A stretch of DNA of 64,000 nt from Paramoeba atlantica. Taxonomy: Eukaryota > Protista > Discosea. The notes beneath the pieces are model-generated. The model ran no database searches and had not been told where the DNA came from. It saw only the letters and a program-made list of their open reading frames with translations. Below are positions 1-10,798 of the stretch, piece after piece (position 1 is the first letter of the stretch; the number at the start of each line of letters is the position of its first letter). The translations under genes and the position numbers were made by a program. The stretch covers positions 113,516 to 177,515 of the forward strand of contig CDRNVI010000033.1 of assembly GCA_977017575.1 (NCBI GenBank), read 5' to 3'.

Positions 1-114
1 ACATTTGTCTTCAGACATCCTTCTACTCGGTCGTTTAGGGTGATTTATTTTTAAATTAATTCAAAATAGCCGTAAAGTACATCTCTGGGTAATGCACTGT
101 CTTACGCCGCATCC

Positions 115-486
115 ATGGACGAAAATGGGGACAGATTTTCGCCAACATTAGCGGACAGTTTTAGAAGTGGTCTGCCTTCCGCAATTTTGCATGCATTTGC
201 ACCACTTTATGACTCTATCCCACATATTCAACGTCTTGTTGAGGCAGCACAGGATTGTGCTTTCTGGTTTTCAGATCCAACATATTGTCGGGAGAAAGAT
301 GCCGCAGTTGTAAACGTATTTATGCAAGCAACGGAAGAATCTTTCCGGGTATGTCCTCAAGAAAGTAAAGAGCTTGCTCGGTGTTATGAAAGCAAAGGAA
401 ATAAATCCTTAGAGTTATGTACACATGCTCGGCACAGTTGGATGAAATGCTTATACGACAAAGCGAATATCAATGTCTGGCGGTAG
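115..486 (+). CDS. Small Cx9C-motif protein (CHCH-like, putative mitochondrial intermembrane space)
   Basis: 123-aa ORF with three Cx9C motifs: CAFWFSDPTYC, CPQESKELARC, CTHARHSWMKC. Confidence 0.55.
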   Translation: MDENGDRFSPTLADSFRSGLPSAILHAFAPLYDSIPHIQRLVEAAQDCAFWFSDPTYCREKDAAVVNVFMQATEESFRVCPQESKELARCYESKGNKSLELCTHARHSWMKCLYDKANINVWR

Positions 487-624
487 GAGAATTAAGCTTT
501 CTTCTTTTTAAGTGGTCTTTTTCTTCAATTTCCAAAACGCTACCCTGATGGCAGTGTATGATTAGCTTTACTTCAGACTGCTTCGCAATGCCTTCCCTTC
601 CGTAGCTTTAAGCTTTTTTAAGCT

Positions 625-662
625 TTTTTGCTCATTTCTTCCTATTCGAGAGATCTCGTTCC
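625..662 (+). repeat. Solo fragment of the Tc1-like TIR
   Basis: tttttgctcattt plus a 19-bp exact match attcgagagatctcgttcc to TIR positions 14181-14219, with near-identical spacing. Confidence 0.6.
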
Positions 663-815
663 ATAAGCCTTTCAATCACACGAAAAAAAAATTACTTTTG
701 TTTTATCTCAAAGTCAAATAAATTCAAATACTAGTAAATAATCAATCACTCATTCCAATTCTAAAATACTTCTATAGTGTTTTACTAGCTCTCCTCGTAC
801 ACCATCACTTGCAAA

Positions 816-2114
816 ATGAGCGTGTCGGAGGCTGTACAAATGGAAATTGAGGAGACCATTACCTGTCTAATGGTCCCTCAAGCCTTCTCACGACCCTCCG
901 GACCCTTTGAACCCACCTCCACCCCCGACCTTGGGTCAAACCACCACCCCTACGTCGCCGCCGGCACCGCCGAAGGCCACGTCTACATTGTCCGCAACCC
1001 CTCTCTCCACGACCCCTCCGCCCCATACGACGACACCACCCCCCGTACCCACGCCGAGCTCTCCCCCGAGCTCTCCTCCCCCACTCCCATCCCCGAACTC
1101 CTTGAATGTCACACCCTCCCCGGTTCCCCCGCCATCACCGCTGGATCCCTCATCCACACCCGTCCCGGCGCCACCCTCGTCGGTGACAGCACCGGACACG
1201 TCCACCTCCTCCACCCCCTCCACACCCATGGCACCCCTTTACAAACCGTACGTATCATCCCCGACCACCACAATAACCACAACAACAACAACAACAACCG
1301 TAACCCCATCGGTTCCTCTTTCTCTTCCTCTTCGTCTTCTCGTGCCTTCATCTCCCACATCACCACCTCCCTTCGCCACGGCCACCTCACCGCGGTCACC
1401 GACAGCACCGGCACCACCCGGCTCTACGACACCCACACCATGACGCACCGCTCCACGCTCCCCGGGACCCACCCCGCGGGGGTTCTCGGCCTCGGGGACT
1501 ACACCGTGCTCGCCCCCACCCCCTCCCCCTGCCTGCGGCTCTGGGACCTGCGGTTTGACAAAACCCACGTGCTGAGTTTCTGCACGGAGGACGTGGTGAG
1601 TGTGGTGGGGGAGCCGGTGGGGGGGGCAGCGGGGGCCGGTGGGGGAGGGGGGGACCCCGGGAGCGGGGCGCTCCCCTTTGTGGCGTGTGGCACCGTGGGG
1701 GGACGGTGCTTCTCGTTAAGGGTGGGGGAGGGGGGGAGAGGGGGACGGGGAGAGGGGAGGGAGGGGGTACAAGCCTGGAATCGGTGTTTTGTGCCGTGTG
1801 ATCGGGCACAGAGGGCAGATTTAACGAGTGTGGGGGTAACGGAGTGGGGTGCGGTGGTGACGGGGGATAGTGCGGGACAGTTGAGTGTGGTGGATGCGGC
1901 GACCGGGCGGTTTCTGTTGTTGGATCATCTAACGACGGGAAATGGCGCGTTCGAGGAGATTGATCCTAAGGCGTGTGCGGTTGTCGGGGGTCAAGGGATT
2001 GGGAATACCCACACCTATGTGTATGCCTATGTTCTGCGCAATGGTATGTCGTGGGTACGTTGGGCGAGGGGGAAAACGGAGTCGCGGCCGCCTTCCACAG
2101 CGTGGCATCCGTGA
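816..2114 (+). CDS. Putative WD40/beta-propeller protein with low-complexity inserts
   Basis: 432-aa ORF with WD-like segments (LVGDSTGHVHLL, VTDSTGTTRLYD, LRLWDLR, VTGDSAGQLSVVD); Asn/Ser and Gly runs. Confidence 0.6.
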   Translation: MSVSEAVQMEIEETITCLMVPQAFSRPSGPFEPTSTPDLGSNHHPYVAAGTAEGHVYIVRNPSLHDPSAPYDDTTPRTHAELSPELSSPTPIPELLECHTLPGSPAITAGSLIHTRPGATLVGDSTGHVHLLHPLHTHGTPLQTVRIIPDHHNNHNNNNNNRNPIGSSFSSSSSSRAFISHITTSLRHGHLTAVTDSTGTTRLYDTHTMTHRSTLPGTHPAGVLGLGDYTVLAPTPSPCLRLWDLRFDKTHVLSFCTEDVVSVVGEPVGGAAGAGGGGGDPGSGALPFVACGTVGGRCFSLRVGEGGRGGRGEGREGVQAWNRCFVPCDRAQRADLTSVGVTEWGAVVTGDSAGQLSVVDAATGRFLLLDHLTTGNGAFEEIDPKACAVVGGQGIGNTHTYVYAYVLRNGMSWVRWARGKTESRPPSTAWHP

Positions 2115-2359
2115 ATTTGTTTCTTGTGTAGGTTGTGTAATGGGTTTGTCGTTCGTGTACGTACGGTCACTTGCATTTAGGATACTAACTACTAGTATCG
2201 TTTATGTATATTACATAGGATGGATCTTTTTTGGCCGTCGGAGGATAAATCGAAAGGTCTTCTTTTTTAACTCTTTGATTTCATTGTAAAAATTTGAAGA
2301 ACGTCATATTTTTTTATTAGAATTCCAATATATTTTGTATATTCGTAAGCTCTTTAAAG

Positions 2360-2620
2360 ATGGTTTTTCTTGACACCGATCTCGCGTACCCTTCGGAGCG
2401 GTCAGAAGCGCAAAAGCACAAGCGCAAAAGACTCGTACAGGGACCCAATAGCTTTTTCTGGGATGTAAAGTGTAAGGGATGCTACCAAGTGCAGACGGTA
2501 TACAGCCATGCGAAAACAGCAGTGATTTGCGCTGGTTGCAATACCACCCTCGCTCAACCAACCGGTGGCAAAGCACGGCTTACGGAAGGGACAAAGTATC
2601 GCAGAAAGCCGGATCGCTAA
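2360..2620 (+). CDS. RPS27: 40S ribosomal protein S27
   Basis: [23 protein letters not shown]...VICAGC...[12 protein letters not shown] zinc-ribbon signature. Confidence 0.97.
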   Translation: MVFLDTDLAYPSERSEAQKHKRKRLVQGPNSFFWDVKCKGCYQVQTVYSHAKTAVICAGCNTTLAQPTGGKARLTEGTKYRRKPDR

Positions 2621-2876
2621 TTCTGTAAGACGAGGCAACAGGTAAAGATGTCCCTTGTTGGTTAAGATAAGTATAAGAAGGTAAGTTCGAATACGCTGTT
2701 TGGAAAGTTAGATTCGTATTGAAGTAGCAATTTCTTTAGCATTGTTATTACATCCGAAGATACAACAACAGATTCACTTCATTCCAACAATTGCGATAGT
2801 TTTCAACAATAATTTACTACCAAATTTGTGTTCTTTACAACGTAACCAATATTTATTTCTGGATCCGATTCACTTT

Positions 2877-4130
2877 ATGACAATTCATCTGGTGCAGCTC
2901 AAAGCTCATGTACAACACTACTTGTGGGGTCAACATACCAAAGACAGCATTATCAAGGACTTTCTCAAGGTTAATGGAGACGTAGACATTAGAGAAGACG
3001 ATACCTTAGCCGAAATCTGGGCAGGTGATCATCCAACTCTTCCCTCTCAAATATTATCAACAGATTTAGAGAATACCGAATTCTTGTCTACGTGGTTGAA
3101 GAGAAATGGTTATAACCATTCTTTACCGTTCCTATTTAAGATATTAACTATTCGTAGGGCATTATCTATCCAGGCACATCCAGATAAAATTCTCGCCGCA
3201 ACACTGCACCAACGAGACTCGATACACTACCCTGACCGTTATCACAAGCCTGAAATTGCAGTAGCGATTTCCCCAATGGAAGCGTTATGCGGCTTTCGGC
3301 CCATTTCCGAAATTGCTCACTTCTGCAATACAATTCAAGAATTTTCTTTGGTTTGGACGGATTTCCATTCTTCGGAATCAGAGATAGATAGCATTCGACA
3401 TGGTGTACAAAGAATGTATGATTTGTCGTCCGCGTTTATTGAGGAACAAACTTATAGCCTTACTCAAAGATATGACAAGAAATCTAACAGTCTTATTCCC
3501 GAAGTTAACCTTTTTTTGAGGCTGCAAGAACAGTTTCCCAATGATGTTGGTTGTTGGTTTGTTTTCATATTGAGATATGTGCGACTACAACCTTTTGAGG
3601 GTCTCTTTCTAAGGCCGAATGAACCTCATGCCTATATATCCGGAGATTGCCTTGAAGTTATGCGTAGTTCAGACAATGTTGTTCGCGGCGGTCTTACGCC
3701 AAAGTTTAAAGATATTGAAACGTTTCTGAGTATGATGACATATGATTCTCAAAACGGACTAAACATGAGGCTTACGCCCCAATTCTCAAATTCCGTTTAC
3801 GAATACTTTCCAACACCAGCAAAAGACTTTCCGGAATTTCGTATGGTCGTATTTCATCTCGATGCGAAAAGAAGGAGTGCTTCATACAGCATAGATCCTT
3901 CGGGAGACCAGGATTCTAAGACGCACAATGGCTGTCCTATTTTAATTTATGTCATTAGAGGGACAGTTGAAATGAAATACAGCACAGATACGACTGGAAT
4001 AGCACGCTATTTGAGTTCTTCCACTGTTTGGTGCCTGTACACTACAGTACTTCCTCTGCGCATTTCACTCCATCTTACTCAAGAGAGCGACGGGACTCTT
4101 GCGATGGCTTTGCCAAATGCCATTATTTAA
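2877..4130 (+). CDS. PMI: Mannose-6-phosphate isomerase, class I
   Basis: QHYLWG, ALSIQAHPDK, HKPEIAVA, PNEPHAYISGDCLEVMRSSDNVVRGGLTPK motifs. The ORF track starts at TTG 2742; first ATG at 2877 is used. Confidence 0.93.
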   Translation: MTIHLVQLKAHVQHYLWGQHTKDSIIKDFLKVNGDVDIREDDTLAEIWAGDHPTLPSQILSTDLENTEFLSTWLKRNGYNHSLPFLFKILTIRRALSIQAHPDKILAATLHQRDSIHYPDRYHKPEIAVAISPMEALCGFRPISEIAHFCNTIQEFSLVWTDFHSSESEIDSIRHGVQRMYDLSSAFIEEQTYSLTQRYDKKSNSLIPEVNLFLRLQEQFPNDVGCWFVFILRYVRLQPFEGLFLRPNEPHAYISGDCLEVMRSSDNVVRGGLTPKFKDIETFLSMMTYDSQNGLNMRLTPQFSNSVYEYFPTPAKDFPEFRMVVFHLDAKRRSASYSIDPSGDQDSKTHNGCPILIYVIRGTVEMKYSTDTTGIARYLSSSTVWCLYTTVLPLRISLHLTQESDGTLAMALPNAII

Positions 4131-4285
4131 TGTCTTTAAAAAAACGTATTATCTAACGTTTAACTGAAACAAACATTTTTTGCTTATGGAAGCATTGTGA
4201 AATATGTATCTTTCCAAGCTAATATCAGGTTGATGTGTATTGCAATCTTTTTACTACTTGTTACTCGCATCATCCTCTCTCTTAA

Positions 4286-5812
4286 ATGGGTGGAGTTCTT
4301 CCAAAGCCTGTCACCACCAAAGTTTTAGAACGTCGCGGAAATGAGCTCTTCTCCGTCGGCCTTTGCAGCATGAACGGCTACCGAGAACACATGGAAGACG
4401 CCCACACGTGTCACTTTCAGCCCGCGGTACCGGAGTCCAACAAACCTCCATGGGGAATGTTTGCCATCTTTGACGGGCATGTTACGGACAAATGCAGCGC
4501 GTACGTCGCCCAAGCCCTTCCCAACGCCATACGCTCCTGGTATGACGCCTCAAACGCAACTGTCACAAGCGCCACGGGATTACCTCCGGACGCAGAAGTG
4601 CAACGCCTTGCCCTAGACGTGGACCGAATGTGGATTGAGCAGGGTCAGGAGGGAGGCTCCACAGGGGTATGGATCCTATCCAGCTTTGTGAATGATCGCT
4701 ACCATTTGCAGATTGGCAACCTTGGGGATAGCCGTGTGATTGTTGGGCGTCAGAACCAAACTTTTGAGTGGCTCACACGAGACCACAAACCAGAGCTCCC
4801 GGAGGAACGTGCACGGATCCTGGAATGTGGCGGCCATGTGGAGAACAACCGGGTGGACGGTGGGCTGGCAATCTCGCGCGCCTTTGGAGATGCCTCATAC
4901 AAGCAGCACGCCCCCACAACCGACCAGCAACATCAGAAAGTGATTGCAGTATGTGACGTCACCCACGCAACGATTGAAAAGGATTCAGAAGATTTTGTCC
5001 TCATCTTTTGTGACGGAGTTTATGAGGGAGATTTTACCAATGAACAGATTGCGCAGTTTACTGCGAAGCAGTTGGAACACACAAGTGATCTAGCGGCAGT
5101 GTGTGCGTCTGTATGTGACGAGGCCCTTCATCGCGGGTCTAGGGATAACATATCCTGTATGCTAATAAAGTGTCATAGCGGGATCCCGTTGGTTACGGGG
5201 CATCAACTAGACGAGCTCTTACCCGGAACGTTTAGCAACCCGGACTCTAAGGCGTTTGTGAGTGCGTACTGTGACATGTTGGAGTACGGCAAGTCTACCC
5301 TGTCACTTCCTCAGGCCTTGCACTACCGCTATCATCACACGCAGAAACAACTTCCCGAGCTGCAAAGGAAGTTTGAATCTCACCCAGAGACGGATCTCAC
5401 GTGGCATGAGATCTGTGCTATCCTTCAACCTGCGGCCTCCCAACGGCAAGCCCTGCTGGAAGCCCCACGAGAGGATCTTCACCAGCAGATCCGGGAAAAA
5501 CGTCAGGCTGAATTGATTACCCATATTGAGGTTCTGCAAGAGATGAAGGAAGAGTTGGAACGCTTTGGGTCCGGACCTGGGGAGGCACTTGATCTAATGC
5601 AGCAAATGGAGTGGTTTGAAGATTGGGCTGCAAAACATGTCACGTGTGGTCCCGCGGATCCTCACGGAGGCCTCACGGACAGCACGCTGCAACAGATGCT
5701 CGCGGCGCAGCAACAATTAGGGGTACCGCTGCACTCCTTACTTGATATGATCACGTCACAGGAGAATAACCCCCCCGAGCCTACAGAAGACTGCGAGGAC
5801 GGTACTGAGTAG
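4286..5812 (+). CDS. Protein phosphatase 2C (PPM family) with C-terminal extension
   Basis: MNGYREHMEDAH, IFDGH, NLGDSR, LTRDHKP, GLAISRAFGD, FCDGVYE, GSRDNIS motifs; MG N-terminus suggests myristoylation. Confidence 0.93.
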   Translation: MGGVLPKPVTTKVLERRGNELFSVGLCSMNGYREHMEDAHTCHFQPAVPESNKPPWGMFAIFDGHVTDKCSAYVAQALPNAIRSWYDASNATVTSATGLPPDAEVQRLALDVDRMWIEQGQEGGSTGVWILSSFVNDRYHLQIGNLGDSRVIVGRQNQTFEWLTRDHKPELPEERARILECGGHVENNRVDGGLAISRAFGDASYKQHAPTTDQQHQKVIAVCDVTHATIEKDSEDFVLIFCDGVYEGDFTNEQIAQFTAKQLEHTSDLAAVCASVCDEALHRGSRDNISCMLIKCHSGIPLVTGHQLDELLPGTFSNPDSKAFVSAYCDMLEYGKSTLSLPQALHYRYHHTQKQLPELQRKFESHPETDLTWHEICAILQPAASQRQALLEAPREDLHQQIREKRQAELITHIEVLQEMKEELERFGSGPGEALDLMQQMEWFEDWAAKHVTCGPADPHGGLTDSTLQQMLAAQQQLGVPLHSLLDMITSQENNPPEPTEDCEDGTE

Positions 5813-6172
5813 TTAGGGTTGTATAAAAATGTGGTATAAAGTTTGAAATTTGCTTTTCTTCTTGGTCTCCCGTAAACTTTGTATTTCCAGTTCCAGACAT
5901 ATCATTAATATAGCTTTGGGCTTACTTTAAATTTGAGATTTAGCAAACAGTTTTTAGTCTTTAGCCCTAAACAAAGAATACAATTATTTTCTTCACTGTA
6001 ATCGATACACCAGAGTTTTGTTTCAATAATTTTAGTTTTAATACAGAGATTACGTCGCTTTCAAATTCGTAATATCGAATTGATCTTTTTATAAAAAGAA
6101 GGTCGATATATGCTTTACTTTTTCTTCTATTGCGCTTTTCTGAAATCTTTTCATAGCTCTCACAGCTCACAC

Positions 6173-6556
6173 ATGTCAGACGGTGTCAGCGATAAAGCAT
6201 TTCCTTTGGCTCAGGACACTTTGGCGAGAGCCATATATGATTTGGTACAACAGTCTTCCAACTATAAGCTTTTAAAAAAGGGAGCGAATGAGGCCACAAA
6301 AGCTCTGAATCGCGGAACTGCAGAGTTGATAGTCATGGCAGGTGATACGAATCCTGTGGAGATTGTGTTACACCTCCCACTTTTGTGCGAAGACAAAAAT
6401 GTGCCATACGTGTTTGTTCCTTCGAAGACGGCGCTTGGTCGTGCGGCGCAGGTGTCGCGGAATGTTGTTGCCTTGGCAATTACAAGTGCAGATGGATCAC
6501 CGCTCCGTTCTCAAATCGACTCCATAAAGCTTGAAGTCGAAAAACTTTTGGTGTAA
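6173..6556 (+). CDS. SNU13: 15.5K/Snu13 L7Ae-family snoRNP/U4 protein
   Basis: [50 protein letters not shown]; probable ATG 6173 (ORF open from 6110). Confidence 0.95.
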   Translation: MSDGVSDKAFPLAQDTLARAIYDLVQQSSNYKLLKKGANEATKALNRGTAELIVMAGDTNPVEIVLHLPLLCEDKNVPYVFVPSKTALGRAAQVSRNVVALAITSADGSPLRSQIDSIKLEVEKLLV

Positions 6557-6931
6557 AATAGAACCGTTCAAGTAATTTCAAGCTATTTTTGTGTTGGATA
6601 TTAGTGAATTTTTGTTGGCTATGCAAACATGTTCGTAGCGTAATCATCGCAGACGTAGGATTTTCATTTGTTTTTATTCGAAGACTTGTACTAAGTAAAA
6701 ATTGAAAATTACTCGAAATAGGCCGCTAGCAAAAGAACGCATTTATCTTAGGAAAAATGAATATAGTTTCCTTTGTTTAGATCTCAAGCATCTACAGTAC
6801 AGATAAACTATTATGCCATCTATTTTTGTACGCTTACACAACTACTAAAAAAGGAGATAGAAAGCAAAATATTCTTATTAGTAAAAATAATTTACTTTTC
6901 CATTTTTTAGAGTCTGTCAATATTAATAAAG

Positions 6932-7540
6932 ATGATAAATGTCGAACATTCAATTTCCTCTGGACGTCGGCACGCTAGACTGGTGTCTCAAGCTTTAGCA
7001 GAGCTGGACGAAATCAAAGAAATCATTTTTGATCGGCGTAGCGAACAGTGTCCCACTCAAACTCTTGGGAATTTTCATGTTACCGAATCGCAACTTTTTA
7101 CTAATGTTCCTGCAAAATATATTATTGACCGCATCGAGAATTCTGTCCCCACAACAAGAGAATCACTTGATATTCGTTCATCTAAAGTAAAAACAACGCT
7201 CAAGAAAAAAACGTCATTTGGGACAAACAGCTTCTCGGAAGAAACGGAGCAAACGTATCGTACGGAAAGCACTCAATTGAAAGACTTCGAAATACAGACT
7301 CACTCAGTGCATCCGGATGCAGAGGCCTTAAAATTATCTGATGTGAACAACAAGTTTGTTGAAGAAGACCAAGTAAAATACAAAAAGGAATTAGAAAATG
7401 TCGCGTCTAAACCTGTATCTGAGGACGATACTCAAAATGATCACTTTTTACTTCATAAGACCAGTGATCGATCTGAAAGCCATAGAAGTCGGAATAGCGA
7501 TGAATATGATAGTTTTCTGATTTTGGAGAGTGACAGCTGA
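6932..7540 (+). CDS. Hypothetical protein (hydrophilic)
   Basis: 202-aa ATG ORF on the common strand; no family recognised. Confidence 0.5.
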   Translation: MINVEHSISSGRRHARLVSQALAELDEIKEIIFDRRSEQCPTQTLGNFHVTESQLFTNVPAKYIIDRIENSVPTTRESLDIRSSKVKTTLKKKTSFGTNSFSEETEQTYRTESTQLKDFEIQTHSVHPDAEALKLSDVNNKFVEEDQVKYKKELENVASKPVSEDDTQNDHFLLHKTSDRSESHRSRNSDEYDSFLILESDS

Positions 7541-7968
7541 TTCAATACATGCGAATGATTATCATGTGTGCCCATTTGAATGATTTGTAAGATAAGATTC
7601 CAAGTAAGTGATAATGGATACAATAATTTTTACTGCATAAATTATTCAATTCGTATTGCAATTAAGCCGAGTAAGTTTCGTTTGTACACTGCGTCATCTT
7701 TATGTATCTGTATCCTCTATTTGTACGAAGGCCGTCATCTGAAAAGCTGCTTGTTCTGAAATAGAACACGTTTTTACTTATTTCATTTTGCTTTTCAGCA
7801 GTAAACAGTAAAAGTGGGACTCAACATCAGGGTTGTACAAGTGCTCTTTTCTCTTGTTGTAAGTGCTCTTTTCTCTGCTTCGCTATTAAAAAGACTGTTT
7901 CGAAAGTTATAAATTATGTAATTCTTTAGTAGTTAAAAATTGTTATATTGAATTTATTTGAGTTTTAA

Positions 7969-9693
7969 ATGGAGATTTTGCTACAAGAACACCACATATG
8001 CCCAGATTATAAATACTTCTGGAACTCGAGTCGGCTTCCCAATTTAGGGGCCCTACCCAATTTGCTTGACGATTTCACTGGAATTCATCGATTTCTCAGA
8101 CCGCATAGCTCAGATATTTCTGCATGTGCTGCATACTGTCCTGCAGCACGAGAAACAAAAGTTTTAGCAGCACTAAAAACGTCCTCAAATGCGTGCCACG
8201 TATGCAATCTTTTCGATAAAGTTTCATTTTGCACGCATTATCTGGACGATTCCCAACAACTAATAATAAAAATATCATATAATGGTTCACAGCAGAGAAA
8301 TTTCAATGTTCACCATTCCGAATCTACGCTTCTCAGTTTTCTTGCAGACCTTCAATTACTTCTCCCCCACCTTTGTGTTCCACATTATGAAGAAAATCTT
8401 TTTTCCAAGCCTGCAAGCTATATTGACTGGCTGCTTCAACACATTGTTACACTCCTAGGACATGATGGACGAACGCTCCTTCTTTTATTCCTAAATTCTA
8501 CAGACTATGACAAAGAAGTAGTCCCATTACGAGAGCATGTCCGGTGTTCTGCCGTTCGGCGAAAAAACAGATCTATGTACAACGTCATGAAAAACACTAC
8601 CCAGATGGCTGCTTCAACTTTGCTATCAGGCTGGCGTTTAGAACAGGGCACTAGAAAAGGAGAAAATTCAACTATCACGTATGTGAATTTGTACGCTTCG
8701 AATTTGGAGGCCTTACACAATGCACTTTTTCGTTTTAGAAGGCTGTTAAATTCTTGTAACAAAGCTTGTTTGTCTTTATTTGGGTCTAATAATTCTGATA
8801 CTTCGAACGGTATAAAGACTCAGGTCACGTATGCAGAGGATCAGTTGCATCTAGCAATGGAATCCCTAATCGAAATCCTACGTATTCACGGTTTTACGAA
8901 AATAGGCCTCCTGGAGCCAAACATTAAAGATCTACATGAAGAAAAGAATTTGGAATTGCATAGTTGTCTATCACATAGTGCTGGACCCCCCAAAAACATG
9001 GCGACATCACAGAATCAAGAAACGTTCAAGTCCACTGATTCCCTAACCAAAGACGAAAATGTGGAAAACGGCTTACTGGAAAAGGTTTTTCCAGAACTGT
9101 CGTGCTTCTTGGATCGTTTCAATAATAGAGGCGTGGAACTGTTTCTTAGCTGTTCTAATGAAGTGTGGGATATGGTCTGTTCTATCGTAGACTCTTTAAT
9201 AGATTTTCTTCGAAGAGCTGCTGAGTGCGCTTACAATTTCGAGCTAGAAAAAACTTCTAGAGCTCAATCACTGAATAATGAAGAAATCGACGAACAAAAG
9301 CAATCGAAATATTTTGTTGTGCGTGATCTCTTTGACGAATTCAATACAGGTCTTTCGAGTCACTTTTTGAGACCATGCTTGTTTACTTTATATGTGTTTT
9401 TTCGGCATTTTGTGAAACGTTTCGCGCAGTGGAAAATAAGCCAAACTAACCAGAATAAAAATGTTTCTTTAGACCTCTTCAATGTTGAGTCTGAACTGGC
9501 GCATGAAGACTCGTTGGCTAATCTAAGTCAAGATTTTTTTGTATGTTCGCAATCACCAGAAGAATCTTTACCAGACGCTGATAGCCAAGAAGTAAAGCAT
9601 GTGGGCATGACTGGAGAAGGTAAAGTCAGTAGTCCTATTGGGAAAACACTGGAAGAAATGTTTGCGTCCGACTGGACTCGTGAGTGTACGTAG
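7969..9693 (+). CDS. Hypothetical protein
   Basis: 574-aa ATG ORF on the common strand; no family recognised. Confidence 0.65.
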   Translation: MEILLQEHHICPDYKYFWNSSRLPNLGALPNLLDDFTGIHRFLRPHSSDISACAAYCPAARETKVLAALKTSSNACHVCNLFDKVSFCTHYLDDSQQLIIKISYNGSQQRNFNVHHSESTLLSFLADLQLLLPHLCVPHYEENLFSKPASYIDWLLQHIVTLLGHDGRTLLLLFLNSTDYDKEVVPLREHVRCSAVRRKNRSMYNVMKNTTQMAASTLLSGWRLEQGTRKGENSTITYVNLYASNLEALHNALFRFRRLLNSCNKACLSLFGSNNSDTSNGIKTQVTYAEDQLHLAMESLIEILRIHGFTKIGLLEPNIKDLHEEKNLELHSCLSHSAGPPKNMATSQNQETFKSTDSLTKDENVENGLLEKVFPELSCFLDRFNNRGVELFLSCSNEVWDMVCSIVDSLIDFLRRAAECAYNFELEKTSRAQSLNNEEIDEQKQSKYFVVRDLFDEFNTGLSSHFLRPCLFTLYVFFRHFVKRFAQWKISQTNQNKNVSLDLFNVESELAHEDSLANLSQDFFVCSQSPEESLPDADSQEVKHVGMTGEGKVSSPIGKTLEEMFASDWTRECT

Positions 9694-10111
9694 AGTGTTT
9701 CCGATGCTCTTTTTTAAACGCGTGTAGGATTTACTATGAACAGAGCATTCAGAAATCGCCACGGCGAACATGCATTGTTTTTCTGTCATGTCGTGTTGTA
9801 GCAAAATCAATAATTATCGCCCTTAACACTCCTAACACTAACGTTTCATTAGATTTCATTATCTAACATTTCATTAGATCAAAGCTGTAACTCGTTAAAA
9901 CAAGAGAATCTTCTTCAGAATGCTAACGCCAGGAGAACCCCAAACAATGTGAATTCAACTTTACAAAACGATTATTTGACTCTGGACACATGGTTATCGA
10001 AAATTACACGAACCTTTTATATGTGCAGTCTAAACACTTAAATGATATTTTATGTTGGACGTGTTTTTCTAATAATTGGATGAGAAATGTGTTTGATTTG
10101 TTTCAAGGTTA

Positions 10112-10576
10112 ATGTCAGTTGCGATAACTAGGTGGCTTGAAAGCATACTTCGATGTAACATTACCGGTTCATCTCGAAGTGCCAACTCATCAGAACTGAG
10201 TGAGCCTGTCGAGACCCCGCATCTGAGTCTGTCCGAGCGTTGGGAAAATACATTATTTGGTTCAACAAACTTGAGAGGAGGACGAACTTCATATCCACAA
10301 CAAGATATATCCGAATACTCTAAGATGGAAAACACAAACCTATATTGGTTCAATAATAAAAATATGCGCTGGGAGCCTCGCCCGGAAGCGCCGATTCATA
10401 TTGTTGAGCAGTTTAAAAAGGCATTGCTGGAAACAGAATCGGACTCCTCCCAGAACGCATCAGCTCCACCGCCTATGCCAACTGCTTTTGGACCTGGTCC
10501 CGCTACTCCGAATCCCATACTGTTTGATTCCGATGGTTGCTCCCAGAGATATGCGCCTAACTCATTTTTTTCGTGA
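10112..10576 (+). CDS. Hypothetical protein (weak resemblance to Sec16 C-terminal FYYD...RW motif plus Pro-rich segment)
   Basis: 154-aa ORF; NLYWFNNKNMRWE followed by APPPMP; family link is weak. Confidence 0.4.
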   Translation: MSVAITRWLESILRCNITGSSRSANSSELSEPVETPHLSLSERWENTLFGSTNLRGGRTSYPQQDISEYSKMENTNLYWFNNKNMRWEPRPEAPIHIVEQFKKALLETESDSSQNASAPPPMPTAFGPGPATPNPILFDSDGCSQRYAPNSFFS

Positions 10577-10798
10577 AACAGATTGCCTTTAAGCGAGCGT
10601 TAGCATTTTTTTTTTTCGAATTTACGTGGCAATTCTGCAAACGAATTGAAGTCTCTGAATAAATACAACCAAAATCTTTTTTTGGATTTGCTGAAAATAT
10701 TCTACCTCGCGTCATGCGACCATTATTTACACTTTGCTTTTTTTGAATATTCGTCTAATTCTTTACAATTCAACAATAATATATTTCACTAGCTCTTT

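Noticed and set aside
907-1443. Extensin-like Pro/Thr/Ser ORF overlapping the WD-like gene (and similar ORFs at 27669-28631)
   Set aside because: Alternative-frame by-products of the C-rich and G-rich skew; non-ATG or nested starts; the main frame carries the domain-like motifs
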